From Aeropyrum pernix K1 (GTDB taxonomy: Archaea; Thermoproteota; Thermoprotei_A; Sulfolobales; Acidilobaceae), in assembly GCF_000011125.1 (NCBI RefSeq), contig NC_000854.2:720001-752000 (forward strand): 32,000 nucleotides of DNA, written 5' to 3'. Shown piece after piece: positions 18,215 to 28,187 of the stretch. The notes beneath the pieces were generated by a model. It ran no database searches. It was given only the letters and a program-made list of their open reading frames with translations, and was not told the origin of the DNA. The position numbers and the translations under genes were made by a program. How positions within the stretch are numbered: the first letter of the stretch is position 1; the number at the start of each line of letters is the position of its first letter.

Positions 18215-19288
18215 TTATCTTACTAATTTGATGGCTTTCAAATACTCTAGCGCTCCCAGAAGGCTAAAAGCTCTAAGAGCCGGGTGCAATGACTTATATT
18301 TAATTACTAAGATTGGCGTGCTATATTTTTTAATTATAAACATTGAGGGAACACGTAATGTTAGTGTTATACGTATTTTATATCCAATAAGGTCTTTTAT
18401 GAAATACCTCAATCCATATGTTATGGCTTTATCTTTGAAAATAAAAGTCTCAACTATATATGACACTATGCGTAATAACAAGGGAATTAAGCCGAAGTAC
18501 TCTGCTACTACAATGAGGCTATTTCTGACAAATAATGCACGAATATTTCGTGAAAGCTCGGGATCTCTTAGGCTTTCCGACTCTGCATGGGCTACTGATG
18601 GTATTAATAAGGAATAGCATTGAAACCCCTTTAGCATTAGTCTTAATGAATATTCGATATCCTCATAGTAGAGAAATAAATTACTTCTTAGAAGACCGGT
18701 TTTTCTTACTGCATCAGAATCTATGATTGCTAATGCAAATGTTATCCAGAGTACCGGAATCAGCGTGATTTTACTCGATAATCTATTGACAGTATCATAA
18801 TCTAAATCATAAAATCCCATAAAAGCGGTACCGCTATTATCTAATAGCCCTAGAGCCCATTGTATTTTATAATCCCTGTTTTCTTCTAGCTTGAAAATTA
18901 TGGGTGAAGCACATGAGATTTTATACTTTCTCATCAAGAGTATAGACTCTTTTAGAAAAGCTTTATTGAGTATTCTTACATCAGGGTTCATAATAACTAT
19001 ATATCTTGGATTCCAAGTCTTTAAAGCATAAGTTATCCCTACATTCACGCCCGCAGGAAATCCTATATTATTTTTTAACTCAAGAACGCGAATATTTCTT
19101 ATCTCTAAATTCTTTTTCAAATAATCGAAGATTAGTCTCAATGTATCATCCCATGAAGCATTATCTACAAATATAACTTGTAGTAACTCTCTAGGATAGT
19201 CGAGTGATGATAAGTCAGCTAGCAGTTTATCTATGTATTTTGACGAATTATGTGTTACTACGATTATGCTTACTTTCGGTAAACCCAT
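18215..19288 (-). CDS. Glycosyltransferase family 2 (rhamnosyltransferase-like)
   Basis: 'VSIIVVTHNSSKYIDKLLADLSSL...VIFVDNASWDDT...NIGFPAGVNVGI...YIVIMNPDVRI'. Start set at ATG 19288, preceded by GGAGGTGG; the longest ORF extends to 19330. Confidence 0.92.
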   Translation of the reverse strand: MGLPKVSIIVVTHNSSKYIDKLLADLSSLDYPRELLQVIFVDNASWDDTLRLIFDYLKKNLEIRNIRVLELKNNIGFPAGVNVGITYALKTWNPRYIVIMNPDVRILNKAFLKESILLMRKYKISCASPIIFKLEENRDYKIQWALGLLDNSGTAFMGFYDLDYDTVNRLSSKITLIPVLWITFALAIIDSDAVRKTGLLRSNLFLYYEDIEYSLRLMLKGFQCYSLLIPSVAHAESESLRDPELSRNIRALFVRNSLIVVAEYFGLIPLLLRIVSYIVETFIFKDKAITYGLRYFIKDLIGYKIRITLTLRVPSMFIIKKYSTPILVIKYKSLHPALRAFSLLGALEYLKAIKLVR

Positions 19289-20517
19289 TTTACCACCTCC
19301 ATAACCTCCTTTAAAACTACGTATCTCCAATCAAGAAATTGGGCAAGCCTTAAAGCGTGAACTCTCACATGCTCGTTTACTTGCCTCTCTTTTTCAGTAA
19401 CACTTAAATATTCTTTAACGGCTTCATCAATGTTGTCTACGATGTGAAACCTCTCCTGTAATAGGGGTTTGCATTCAAAAATATCACATATACGCTCGTA
19501 TGCCGTCTCTATCCTAGGATTATTTAGTGCTATTACGTGAATTCCATGAACTAGGCTTTCAAGTATAGCTAGATTAAAAACATCCAATGTACTTAACATT
19601 ACTAGAGCCCTCGATCGAGATATAATTCTATAAACTTCTATGGGAGTTTTATTCACTAAAACTTCAACCTTTACATTATTGTATTGCTTAATGCCTGATA
19701 ACGATCTTTCTATGTATGGTAATTCTTCCTTTAAACAAGAGGTAATAATAGCAGCTCTTATGTTAAGATTTCTTTCAGCTAAATTTCTAAGAAAAGTTAT
19801 GAAGTTTTTAAAGGATCCTTTTGAAGGATCTAATCTTCCTATATAAATTACATCGTAAACTTTTTGCACACTATTATAATTTACAAAATATTTAAATACG
19901 CCATTAGTTGTAATTACTATCTTTATATTCTTTTCTTCCCTAAAATAGGTATTTAAAAATACAAAATCTATCGGATTGAACACAAATATTATTATTCGCT
20001 TGAATTTTCCTATAAGTCTTAATAACGGTAAGAACCCCCTATACATCAATGTCTTGATAAAATTTGAATCCCCATTAAAAGGAGGCGTTTGGATATAAAC
20101 CACCATTCCATTACTAAGGACATCGAGGCCCGGGATGATATATTGGTAGAGCTGATTGTTATTAATTACTATTATTGATCGCCTGATAATGCGACCTCTA
20201 TTAGTTAAATTTCTTATAGAGGTTAGTAGTAGCAAGATCAAGCGTATAATGAAGGAAACTCGTTTGTATGGGGGAAGGTAACTTGATATTTTTAAGGCGA
20301 AGTCGTCGCTTAAGGGAATGTTATTGTTTCCTTTTACAAGATTACTTTTATAAAGCCAATAACGTATAGATTCTATATAGTGCTTATCACTTAGCAGATA
20401 TAGTTTTATTTTTTTAGAGCGTAGATTACTAAGCGTGTAAAGCAAGCCTAAAAGTCTTATGTCTCCCCCTCCTATAACTTCCTTAGAAGAGGATGTGTTT
20501 ACAAATATAATGTTCAT
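19270..20517 (-). CDS. Glycosyltransferase, GT4/GT1-like
   Basis: 'VIYIGRLDPSKGSFKNF', 'NKTPIEVYRIISRSRALVMLSTLDVFNLAILESLVHGIHVIALN'. Start set at the homologous 'MNIIFVNTSSSKEVIGGGDIRLLGLL' (20517); the longest ORF extends to 20634. Confidence 0.85.
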   Translation of the reverse strand: MNIIFVNTSSSKEVIGGGDIRLLGLLYTLSNLRSKKIKLYLLSDKHYIESIRYWLYKSNLVKGNNNIPLSDDFALKISSYLPPYKRVSFIIRLILLLLTSIRNLTNRGRIIRRSIIVINNNQLYQYIIPGLDVLSNGMVVYIQTPPFNGDSNFIKTLMYRGFLPLLRLIGKFKRIIIFVFNPIDFVFLNTYFREEKNIKIVITTNGVFKYFVNYNSVQKVYDVIYIGRLDPSKGSFKNFITFLRNLAERNLNIRAAIITSCLKEELPYIERSLSGIKQYNNVKVEVLVNKTPIEVYRIISRSRALVMLSTLDVFNLAILESLVHGIHVIALNNPRIETAYERICDIFECKPLLQERFHIVDNIDEAVKEYLSVTEKERQVNEHVRVHALRLAQFLDWRYVVLKEVMEVVKWVYRK

Positions 20518-20555
20518 GCTATCTTCAACATTATCTTTCCTTAATAGAGGAGTTT

Positions 20556-22868
20556 TCATATTATTATCACCAAATAGATCCCTCCAGGAAACATGAGAAC
20601 CTTTAACATGATTAGTGAAAGCTTTAACAGCCATAGTTCATGGTAAATATTTATAGTGGTAGAATTGTTTTTAATCCTAAATAAATTATATAGTGATAGG
20701 CTATCCATTTTTTCAAGATCATTAGAAGCCCAGTAAGGTGACTGACGCTCATTATACCTAATTACCGATAAGACATGTTTATCAGGCTCAATTAATATTT
20801 GAACGTTGAAGGGTAAGTAATCAATCTTGAATTTTATGTACGTAGTTCTCAGTTGAAACAATAAGTCTCTTATGTCGTCAAGGAATTCTTCTGTGCTAAT
20901 GTTCCTAGTCATACCGTCCTGCTTCTTAATTATGGAAATATTCCAGCTATTTTTAATAGAACATTTCTCGTTGAACTTAATGATATATATAGGATAAGTC
21001 GCGCTCCTCAACGAATTTGGAGGTACAAAATCTATTACTGTATATGATCTTAAATATAGCTGGGCTAAGGTTTTGTCTTCCGCTATTAGCTTGGAGAGAA
21101 CTTCAAGTCCTTTAATGTAACAAGCCTCATTATATGGTTCGATAGTTATGGGTAGTACGATATAGACTGGTGACCATGTGAAGTTATAAAGGTGAATTCT
21201 CCTGTTCTTATCTACTAATGCTTGAATATACAAGGTTTTTGCGATTACACTTACTTCAACTCTATCAGTGGCCAAAATATCTTGTATTTTCTCTATCTCC
21301 GCCGAATGCTTGACGTAAGGTCCAAAGACTTCGAAGGGTCTTAATGCGACAGCGTACGTATAATAGTACCGTAAATATCCCTTGCCCTTAGCAATCCATA
21401 TGTAAGGTATGAAAGCAGTTGAATAGCCAAAACTCTCCTGAGTATCTATAAGTAGCTTAAGAGATTCTTCATACTGTTGAGATACGTTATGGTTTTCCGT
21501 AACGGGTAAATGTATGGAGTAAAGAAGTGCTGATACCATCACTATACCTAATACGATTCCCCCGAACGCTAGTTGTAATACTCTTCGTGTTTTCCTAAGA
21601 TTCTTAAATAATGACGATAGATGAGAGAGCATTATAGTTGTCATTAATGTTAAGTAAAGGCTTACTGGTATACCTATTTTAATAGGTTGGGTTATCCCTG
21701 AGAGAAGGGTAGATACAAGGGGGTTCTGCCATAGCATTTCTAAAACTTCAGGGTTTCTTGCTATATCCGAAGCAACCATTAAGTAGCCTATTACAGCTAA
21801 AAAACCTATAATAGAGTATAGCGTCATGAATTGACTGTAGTGTTTATTTCGTCTCTTAGCTATCATGAGGATATTCGTAGTGGCTATTGATGCTATTATG
21901 AAAATAGGGATTGTAGGTAAGGCTTTGTTGAGGGTACCCCAAGCAGGAGCCCAGAGATATGAAAACCATAAGGCTAAGGGTAAATTATTAAATCTATAAT
22001 TATATGAAAAATCTGCCATTTTCACCTTTAATAGGTCTTCGGGATTTCGAAGCCCTTGAGACTCTATAGAGGAAAGTATCGTGCCCTTATACGATATATA
22101 ATAGGGTATGAGGAATCCTATAGCAACAATGATTAAAGCTACAAGAGCGATTAGCACATTTCTAGCAGTACTAGCTTCCCCAATATCTATAATAATCAAA
22201 ACTAGTAGAGTAATCATCATTGGTAGCCAAATGAATAAAAAGAAAATACTGTAATATGGATAGAGCGTTGATATCATAAGCAAGCCTATAAAGACTCCTA
22301 GAATCAAACCTAAAAATGATGTTTTGAATATGATTGTCACTATTGTACTACTTCCTGTGCTTTTGCTTTTCTCTATGTAATACAAATATTTTATAAGCAT
22401 ATAGGTAACCCAAGGAGTAAGAGCATAAGCTCCCATCATACCATAAATGGAATGAACTGATTCATGCCATGTAAATGCTGAGATAGCGTAAATTATACCG
22501 CTCAGAACTCTAATGCTCGTCTTACTAGTTATGAATTTTGAGAGAGCAAAGAAACCCAAACCCATTATTAGGAACCATAAAACTACTAGTGCTGCTTCAG
22601 AATATTTCCCAAAGATTATGAGGAAAACCTGCTTAATGATACTAAAGTAAGGTATTTCACTACTGATTACAGTACGACTAAAATAAAATGACCAGGGAGA
22701 TAAATATATAATAATGAGATCCTTTAGGGTCCTAGGGTATACAGGGTAAGTATCGGCACCTATCCATGGACTTAACGGTAAGAGCTTATGGATATATATT
22801 AATCCAGTTAAGATGTAGATAATTCCAATAATTAATATTATTATGAATTTCCTTAACAAATTTATCAC
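20556..22868 (-). CDS. Large multi-pass membrane protein (possible GT-C-like glycosyltransferase) with C-terminal soluble region
   Basis: 770 aa; about a dozen hydrophobic helices, then a 200-plus-residue soluble region and a terminal TM. An early loop 'LLPLSPWIGADTYPVYPRTLKD' and location between glycosyltransferase genes. Confidence 0.7.
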   Translation of the reverse strand: MINLLRKFIIILIIGIIYILTGLIYIHKLLPLSPWIGADTYPVYPRTLKDLIIIYLSPWSFYFSRTVISSEIPYFSIIKQVFLIIFGKYSEAALVVLWFLIMGLGFFALSKFITSKTSIRVLSGIIYAISAFTWHESVHSIYGMMGAYALTPWVTYMLIKYLYYIEKSKSTGSSTIVTIIFKTSFLGLILGVFIGLLMISTLYPYYSIFFLFIWLPMMITLLVLIIIDIGEASTARNVLIALVALIIVAIGFLIPYYISYKGTILSSIESQGLRNPEDLLKVKMADFSYNYRFNNLPLALWFSYLWAPAWGTLNKALPTIPIFIIASIATTNILMIAKRRNKHYSQFMTLYSIIGFLAVIGYLMVASDIARNPEVLEMLWQNPLVSTLLSGITQPIKIGIPVSLYLTLMTTIMLSHLSSLFKNLRKTRRVLQLAFGGIVLGIVMVSALLYSIHLPVTENHNVSQQYEESLKLLIDTQESFGYSTAFIPYIWIAKGKGYLRYYYTYAVALRPFEVFGPYVKHSAEIEKIQDILATDRVEVSVIAKTLYIQALVDKNRRIHLYNFTWSPVYIVLPITIEPYNEACYIKGLEVLSKLIAEDKTLAQLYLRSYTVIDFVPPNSLRSATYPIYIIKFNEKCSIKNSWNISIIKKQDGMTRNISTEEFLDDIRDLLFQLRTTYIKFKIDYLPFNVQILIEPDKHVLSVIRYNERQSPYWASNDLEKMDSLSLYNLFRIKNNSTTINIYHELWLLKLSLIMLKVLMFPGGIYLVIII

Positions 22869-24016
22869 CTTAGTTCTAGTATTTCAAATGTTCTTTGCCA
22901 TATATCTGACAGAATCTGGCTACATCTCCAGTAGTTAAAGCTCTTTGCAAGCCTCTCAGCTCCTTTAAGAAGAGTGTTCGAATCCTCTAATGCAACCTTA
23001 ACCTTACTTAATATATAGCTAGGTTTAAGTTTCCCAACTACCATCCCTGCCTTAAATCTATTTACATAGCTGGATATTTCAAAATATTCAGGCAAAATGA
23101 CTGGTGTATGAGCAGCTAAGTATACTTTAGGTTTCATAGGATCGGTAGTCAAAGATTCGTAAGAGGGTCTTGTAAGTACAACTCCAAGGGAGGCTCTACT
23201 TGCTATTTGAAGTGCACGTTTAAGAGGTTGAGGACCATAATAAATAACTCTTTTGTTAATTTCGCCAATTCTTTCAAAGATTTTTTCATATAATAAACCT
23301 TTACCAACTATATGAATAATAGTGTCGTTTCCATTTTTTGTGAATGTTTTTACTAATTCAAGAAGGATATCTACACCTTTATCCTTGCTTAGCGAACCTA
23401 TGTATACAATATCATTGCTTTTTCTTCGAGTGTAATTGAGTGTTTTGTCGATTACATCGTCTCGAATACATATAGGGGTTTGCACCGTATATTTTGCTCC
23501 GAGCTTTCTTCTTATTTCTGCTAGCCTATTACTTAAGCACCAAACAATGTCACTATGAGTAGTTGTGTATAAATCTAAAAACTTATATAATTTTGAGCGA
23601 GTGGGTGAAGTGAAGTTATGTGATTGCAATATCACCTTGCTTATATAATTCTTTTGCTTAAGCATTATTGCAATAGTTGCCGTGATAGGATCTTGCGCTA
23701 TTGCTATGTCATAGTGTTTCGCTTCAGCTGTGATAGAAATAATCGATAAGGTGTATTCAATAATCTTTGCTGCGATCTCCAGCGATGGGATTCTAGTATT
23801 AATTGATGGAAAGTGAAAGCTGCGTTCAAAGATTTTTTCCCCTTTTTCATAGGAGGTAATAATGACTTTATTCTCTTCAGATTTAAGTGGTATCTTCACA
23901 ATAGTGCTTCGTTGTACATTCATAATTTTGTTTAAATACCATTCTAAGTCATCTGCAGGGCCATAAGAATAGTAATGTGTTAGTATAAGTATTGAGTAAT
24001 TATTAGTCCTCTTCAT
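22865..24016 (-). CDS. Glycosyltransferase family 4-like
   Basis: 'DIVYIGSLSKDKGVDILLELVKTFTKNGNDTIIHIVGKG', 'SRASLGVVLTRPSYESLTTDPMKPKVYLAAHTPVI'; 4-bp overlap with both neighbours. Confidence 0.82.
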   Translation of the reverse strand: MKRTNNYSILILTHYYSYGPADDLEWYLNKIMNVQRSTIVKIPLKSEENKVIITSYEKGEKIFERSFHFPSINTRIPSLEIAAKIIEYTLSIISITAEAKHYDIAIAQDPITATIAIMLKQKNYISKVILQSHNFTSPTRSKLYKFLDLYTTTHSDIVWCLSNRLAEIRRKLGAKYTVQTPICIRDDVIDKTLNYTRRKSNDIVYIGSLSKDKGVDILLELVKTFTKNGNDTIIHIVGKGLLYEKIFERIGEINKRVIYYGPQPLKRALQIASRASLGVVLTRPSYESLTTDPMKPKVYLAAHTPVILPEYFEISSYVNRFKAGMVVGKLKPSYILSKVKVALEDSNTLLKGAERLAKSFNYWRCSQILSDIWQRTFEILELR

Positions 24017-24864
24017 AGCGTTTTAATTCTTCCTAAGGTATATGCTATTGCCTTTATAGTCCATAGCATTATTGATGCTAAGCTATCTGGATGCAAACCG
24101 GGTTTTCTCGGTATTTTCTTTTTAGAAAGTTCTGGATAATATTGTGTTAAATTCATCTCTGTTATTCCGTATCTGTAGAACTTTCTTACAACTTGTTTGA
24201 GGCTTTCAGGCTCTACATGGTATATGGCGTTGCTGATAATGCCTAATTTTTCAGAGTACGTCCATGCTTCTAAATATATTAATGCATGATCCTGTGATAC
24301 AAGCTTCAACATTATTTCTAGGGGCAACTTCTCTCTTATCCTTTTAAACGTCTTGTTCAGTATCTCGTACCTATACATTCTTGCTAGTAGTACGCCGTGT
24401 AATGGATGTAAATCTTTAATTCTAAACACATGCCTCCTGTCAATGTAGAATAGCCATTGCACAAGAGTTCTTGGCTTATAGCTTGTCTCCTCAAGGATCA
24501 AAGCATCGTAACCCCTCCTAACCATTTTTACTCCCCTTTCTATCGCTGTATGTTCAAGGATCTGGTCGGAGTCTAGAAGGAGTTCCACTTCTCCCTTAGC
24601 GTGGAGATGCCCTAGATAACGAGCCCATAATAATCCTCCACTTGTTTGAATAACTCTAGCATTATACTTCTCTGCTATTTTTACTGTTCCATCGGTACTG
24701 TAGTTATCTACTATGATTACTTCTATGTTTTTATATGTCTGTCTCTTTATCGATTCTAGAGTTAAAGACAGTGTTTTCTCTGAGTTGTATGTTGGTATAA
24801 CTATAGATACTAGTGGACATTCTGGATTAACACTGTTAACATATTTATTATTACCTCCATGCAA
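24013..24864 (-). CDS. Glycosyltransferase family 2
   Basis: 'VSIVIPTYNSEKTLSLTLESIKRQTYKNIEVIIVDNYSTDGTVKIAEKYNARVI...ELLLDSDQIL'. Confidence 0.93.
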   Translation of the reverse strand: MHGGNNKYVNSVNPECPLVSIVIPTYNSEKTLSLTLESIKRQTYKNIEVIIVDNYSTDGTVKIAEKYNARVIQTSGGLLWARYLGHLHAKGEVELLLDSDQILEHTAIERGVKMVRRGYDALILEETSYKPRTLVQWLFYIDRRHVFRIKDLHPLHGVLLARMYRYEILNKTFKRIREKLPLEIMLKLVSQDHALIYLEAWTYSEKLGIISNAIYHVEPESLKQVVRKFYRYGITEMNLTQYYPELSKKKIPRKPGLHPDSLASIMLWTIKAIAYTLGRIKTL

Positions 24865-24903
24865 AGAGGATCGCCAGTTCTCTGTTCTTTAATATTCTTT
24901 AAT

Positions 24904-25690
24904 CTACCTAGTTTCGCTATGGAATAGATAGCGGATCGTAGAAGCTTCAGACCTACCATGTTCTGTAGCTCTATATGGGGGTCGTGCGTCTTTGGCAGTA
25001 AGTGGTGGGTAAAAGTACTTTACGGAGAAGCCTGCTGATTTAAGTTTATTGACAATGATATTTAGGGATCCATACCTGAGGTGTACCTCCATCACTATAC
25101 GTTCAACAGATCTTAACAGGTTTGGATCTACTGATTTAAAGATATCGAACTCTGCCCCTTCTATATTCATTTTAAGTAGCACTTTATCATTTCCCGTGTA
25201 GCTCTCAATGAGTTCGTTTAAATGTTTAGTTTGTATACGATAGCATTTTGAAGGACTTTCTATCATTATGCTTGAACCACCACTATGTGTAGACTCACAT
25301 AATTTAGTCCTATCGGTTTTTGTTCCTACTATAGCGGCGTTTAGTGTTAACATGCCCTCCACGTTATTTGCTATCTTGTTTATCTTTAACAACTTATAGT
25401 TTATGGGGTGTGGCTCCACCGAGATAACTCTATGCGCGTAATTAGAGACTACCAAAGAGTAAAGACCTATGTGAGCCCCCACATCGAGTACTGTAAAGCC
25501 TTTAAGGTTCTCGATCCCGAACAATGGTATGTATTCGTAATTCTCTATTTATCAAAACGTCTTTTATGCTTCCCCAACATTCATCGTCGGGGACGTAGGC
25601 TTCATAAAGTCTGTTCCCCACGCTAAACCTTGCCCTGATTACGTTACCCTGAACTCGCAAGAGTTTGTTGACAATACTATAGATATCCAT
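24904..25690 (-). pseudogene. FkbM-family methyltransferase, interrupted by a frameshift near 25510-25555
   Basis: Downstream ORF 24904-25524 has 'YIPLFGIENLKGFTVLDVGAHIGLYSLVVSNYAHRVISVEPHPINYKLLKINKIANN'. Upstream ORF 25502-25690 in a different frame supplies the N-terminus '...CWGSIKDVLINRE'. The -1-strand frame continues as 'NYEYIPLFGIENLKG' across the junction. Confidence 0.8.
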
Positions 25691-25694
25691 CGTG

Positions 25695-26786
25695 CTAGAT
25701 CCTCGTAATATCTTCCAATATATTTAAGAAAGTTATTGCTGTGTTATCCCAGCTGAAGCTCTGTGCATAGTTGTACGCGTTCTCCGACAGCTTGTTTCTC
25801 AGGCTATTGTCTGTTAACAACCATGCTATTGCTTTCGCTAGCTGCTCTATGTTTCCCGGCTCTACTAATATTCCCGTTTCCATGTGTTTCACGGAATCTC
25901 TTAGTCCTGGCACGTTGTATGCTATTGCTGGTATTTTGCATGCTGCTGCTTCTGTTATGGTTATTCCCCACCCCTCTATCATGCTTGTTGAAACTATTAT
26001 CCATGCTCTCTGCATCCACATGATCTTCTCTTGCTCGGACATTTTCCCAAGGAAGTGGACATCCCTTGGCTCTAGCTTCTTGGCTAGCTCCCTCATCTTC
26101 TGCTCTTGATCTCCGGTCCCTATGATTATTAGCTGTGCGTCTGGGATCTCCTGCTTGACTATTCTGTATGCTTTGAGGAGGTGGTCAAGGTTCTTGTACA
26201 TCTTTATTCTTCCTGCCCACAGTATTGTTGGTCTTGGGTCTTTTGATCCTGGTCTATACTTCTCGAGGTCTACACCGTTGGGTACGACGGCTATTCTATC
26301 GGGGTCTATACCGAGCCTCTTCGCAAGCTCTTTTTTTGTTGATTGTGAAACGGCTATGAAGCGCCTATAGATTTTGGCGATGGTTTTCTCGGCTCTGCTG
26401 ACTATCCATGCAAGCGGTTTTGGCAGCTCTATATAGACGACGTCCTGGTGTACGTGGTGTATCTGCGCTACCACGGGTGTTTTCGTTACCAGTGGCGAGT
26501 ACCACGGAACAGCGTGGGCGATATCGTCTACGATAACATCGTATTCATGACCGTGTTTCCTGACGTAGAGTGGTGCTAGGAGGTGTATCGAGGCTCTACC
26601 ACCGCTACGCTTAATCCTAATACCTTCTAGAACCTCTTCGCCTGGCAGTCTGCTTACTTTCTCGCATAGCACCATGACCTCGTGGCCCATCTTCACAAGT
26701 CTACGGGCTATCTCGTAAAGCCTAACCTCCGCACCACCCGCCTGGGGATGCTTCGGGTCTCGGTGGTTTATCCATAGAATCCTCAT
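25695..26786 (-). CDS. Glycosyltransferase family 4
   Basis: 'WINHRDPKHPQAGGAEVRLYEIARRLVKMGHEVMVLCE', 'ILWAGRIKMYKNLDHLLKAY', 'STSMIEGWGITITEAAACKIPAIAYNVPGLRDSV'. Confidence 0.95.
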   Translation of the reverse strand: MRILWINHRDPKHPQAGGAEVRLYEIARRLVKMGHEVMVLCEKVSRLPGEEVLEGIRIKRSGGRASIHLLAPLYVRKHGHEYDVIVDDIAHAVPWYSPLVTKTPVVAQIHHVHQDVVYIELPKPLAWIVSRAEKTIAKIYRRFIAVSQSTKKELAKRLGIDPDRIAVVPNGVDLEKYRPGSKDPRPTILWAGRIKMYKNLDHLLKAYRIVKQEIPDAQLIIIGTGDQEQKMRELAKKLEPRDVHFLGKMSEQEKIMWMQRAWIIVSTSMIEGWGITITEAAACKIPAIAYNVPGLRDSVKHMETGILVEPGNIEQLAKAIAWLLTDNSLRNKLSENAYNYAQSFSWDNTAITFLNILEDITRI

Positions 26787-26790
26787 GCTG

Positions 26791-27663
26791 CTATCTCCTG
26801 AGCGCCACGGCTATGTAGAGCTTCCTGAGAACGTTTAGAAGGTGGTTCTTCGGCCTAGAAGCCCTTATCACCGTCATGAACTCCTGGCCTACAGTATGGA
26901 TGTTACCCAGGTCTATGACACGGCCTATAACTAATTTCTGGAGCGCTACGTATTTTCCTGCTAGGGTTAGTAGCCTGAGCATTATGAGGTCTGCGAGCAT
27001 TGTTAGCAGAGCTCTCATCGGGGGTATTGTAGATCCTTCCCTCTGCTCTCTCCAAACAACGTTCACCGCTCTGTACCTCAGCCCATGCCTCTTGGCCCAC
27101 ACTACTATCTCGGTGTCGTAGGCAAGCCCATCAGTTCTCGTCCGCTTCATAAGGATTATCTTGGCCGCTCTTCTACTAAGTATCTTCAATCCGGCTTGGT
27201 GGTCTCTAAGTCCTGTCTTAAAGAGTAAATTTACTAGGGAGTTATATGCTACAGAGAGTACTCTCCTTAAGAGGCTATGAGTTCTATACACCCTATTAGC
27301 AATTATCAAGTCTATACCGAGATTCATAGCTAACACTACTGCTTGATTAATAAATATAGGTCTTACAGGTATATCAGCATCTAGTATAACTATGTAGTCG
27401 CCCCGGCTGAAGGGAATGGCATTCTTTATTGAGCCTCCTTTCCCAATCCTTTGTGTAAGGAGCAGGCATTTGGCCACATTTTCCTTTGCCAGTCTTATCA
27501 TTGCTTTTAGCGTCGGCTTGTGGAAGATGTCCGAGACCAGGATTATCTCGTAGGAAAATTTGTGAGAACTTGATAGGCTATTGAAATGCTTGTTTATCAG
27601 ATGTATGCGCTCGTAGAGAGTGTTACCTTCCTTAGCTACTGGTATAACTACGCTCACGATCAT
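26791..27663 (-). CDS. Glycosyltransferase family 2 (dolichol-phosphate mannosyltransferase-like)
   Basis: 'VSVVIPVAKEGNTL', 'GKGGSIKNAIPFSRGDYIVILDADIP', 'GLRDHQAGLKILSRRAAK', 'GLAYDTEIVVWAKRHGLR'. Confidence 0.9.
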   Translation of the reverse strand: MIVSVVIPVAKEGNTLYERIHLINKHFNSLSSSHKFSYEIILVSDIFHKPTLKAMIRLAKENVAKCLLLTQRIGKGGSIKNAIPFSRGDYIVILDADIPVRPIFINQAVVLAMNLGIDLIIANRVYRTHSLLRRVLSVAYNSLVNLLFKTGLRDHQAGLKILSRRAAKIILMKRTRTDGLAYDTEIVVWAKRHGLRYRAVNVVWREQREGSTIPPMRALLTMLADLIMLRLLTLAGKYVALQKLVIGRVIDLGNIHTVGQEFMTVIRASRPKNHLLNVLRKLYIAVALRR

Positions 27664-27755
27664 TTAGAAGACCCTTTGCATGATTTTCATTTACTCTAGC
27701 TTATCTAGCCTCTAACCTATGCATAGTCATATTGTCTCTCAATATTATCTCAGGG

Positions 27756-28187
27756 CTAGGACGCCCATGGTTTGAAATAATCTACCGTTTCTAGTATTCT
27801 CCTTCCAAGATATAATACATAGGAGATCTTACTCTTTAATAGTGCAAGAGAGGTGATATTTTTTAAGGCTAGGAGCCTGGAGAGCCCAAGTAGTATTAAG
27901 GTGCCTCTGAGCGTGTAGAGTTCCAACTGGGCTATTATCTCTGCGAGGATGTTTCTTAGCTTCTCAGCCGTGTACTTCTTAACTTTTGCCCGTGCCGCTG
28001 CTTCTAGGATGCTCCTTTGTAGTGGCTTAAGGGCTCTCCAAAAGGCTCCATTACGCTTTGCCCTTCTAATGGCCCGGAGGGCGGTTTTTGGCGTTATTTT
28101 GTCGGGCTTTAGCAGCTGTAGCGCGAGACTCCTTATTGAATCGTTGGAACCTCTAGTAGTTGTAACGCCCCCCGGGCTTCTTTCCAT
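27756..28187 (-). CDS. Conserved-looking basic helical protein of unknown function
   Basis: About 143 aa from the likely start 'MERSPGGVTTTRGSNDSIRSL' (28187); the part of the longest ORF upstream of this (to 28343) looks non-coding. Confidence 0.55.
   Translation of the reverse strand: MERSPGGVTTTRGSNDSIRSLALQLLKPDKITPKTALRAIRRAKRNGAFWRALKPLQRSILEAAARAKVKKYTAEKLRNILAEIIAQLELYTLRGTLILLGLSRLLALKNITSLALLKSKISYVLYLGRRILETVDYFKPWAS

Noticed and set aside
26791-27663. GT2 enzyme as a full archaeal dolichol-phosphate sugar synthase with GtrA-like membrane domain
   Set aside because: The protein ends after the catalytic domain region and shows no multi-TM C-terminal domain, so only a DPM-like GT2 assignment is supported.
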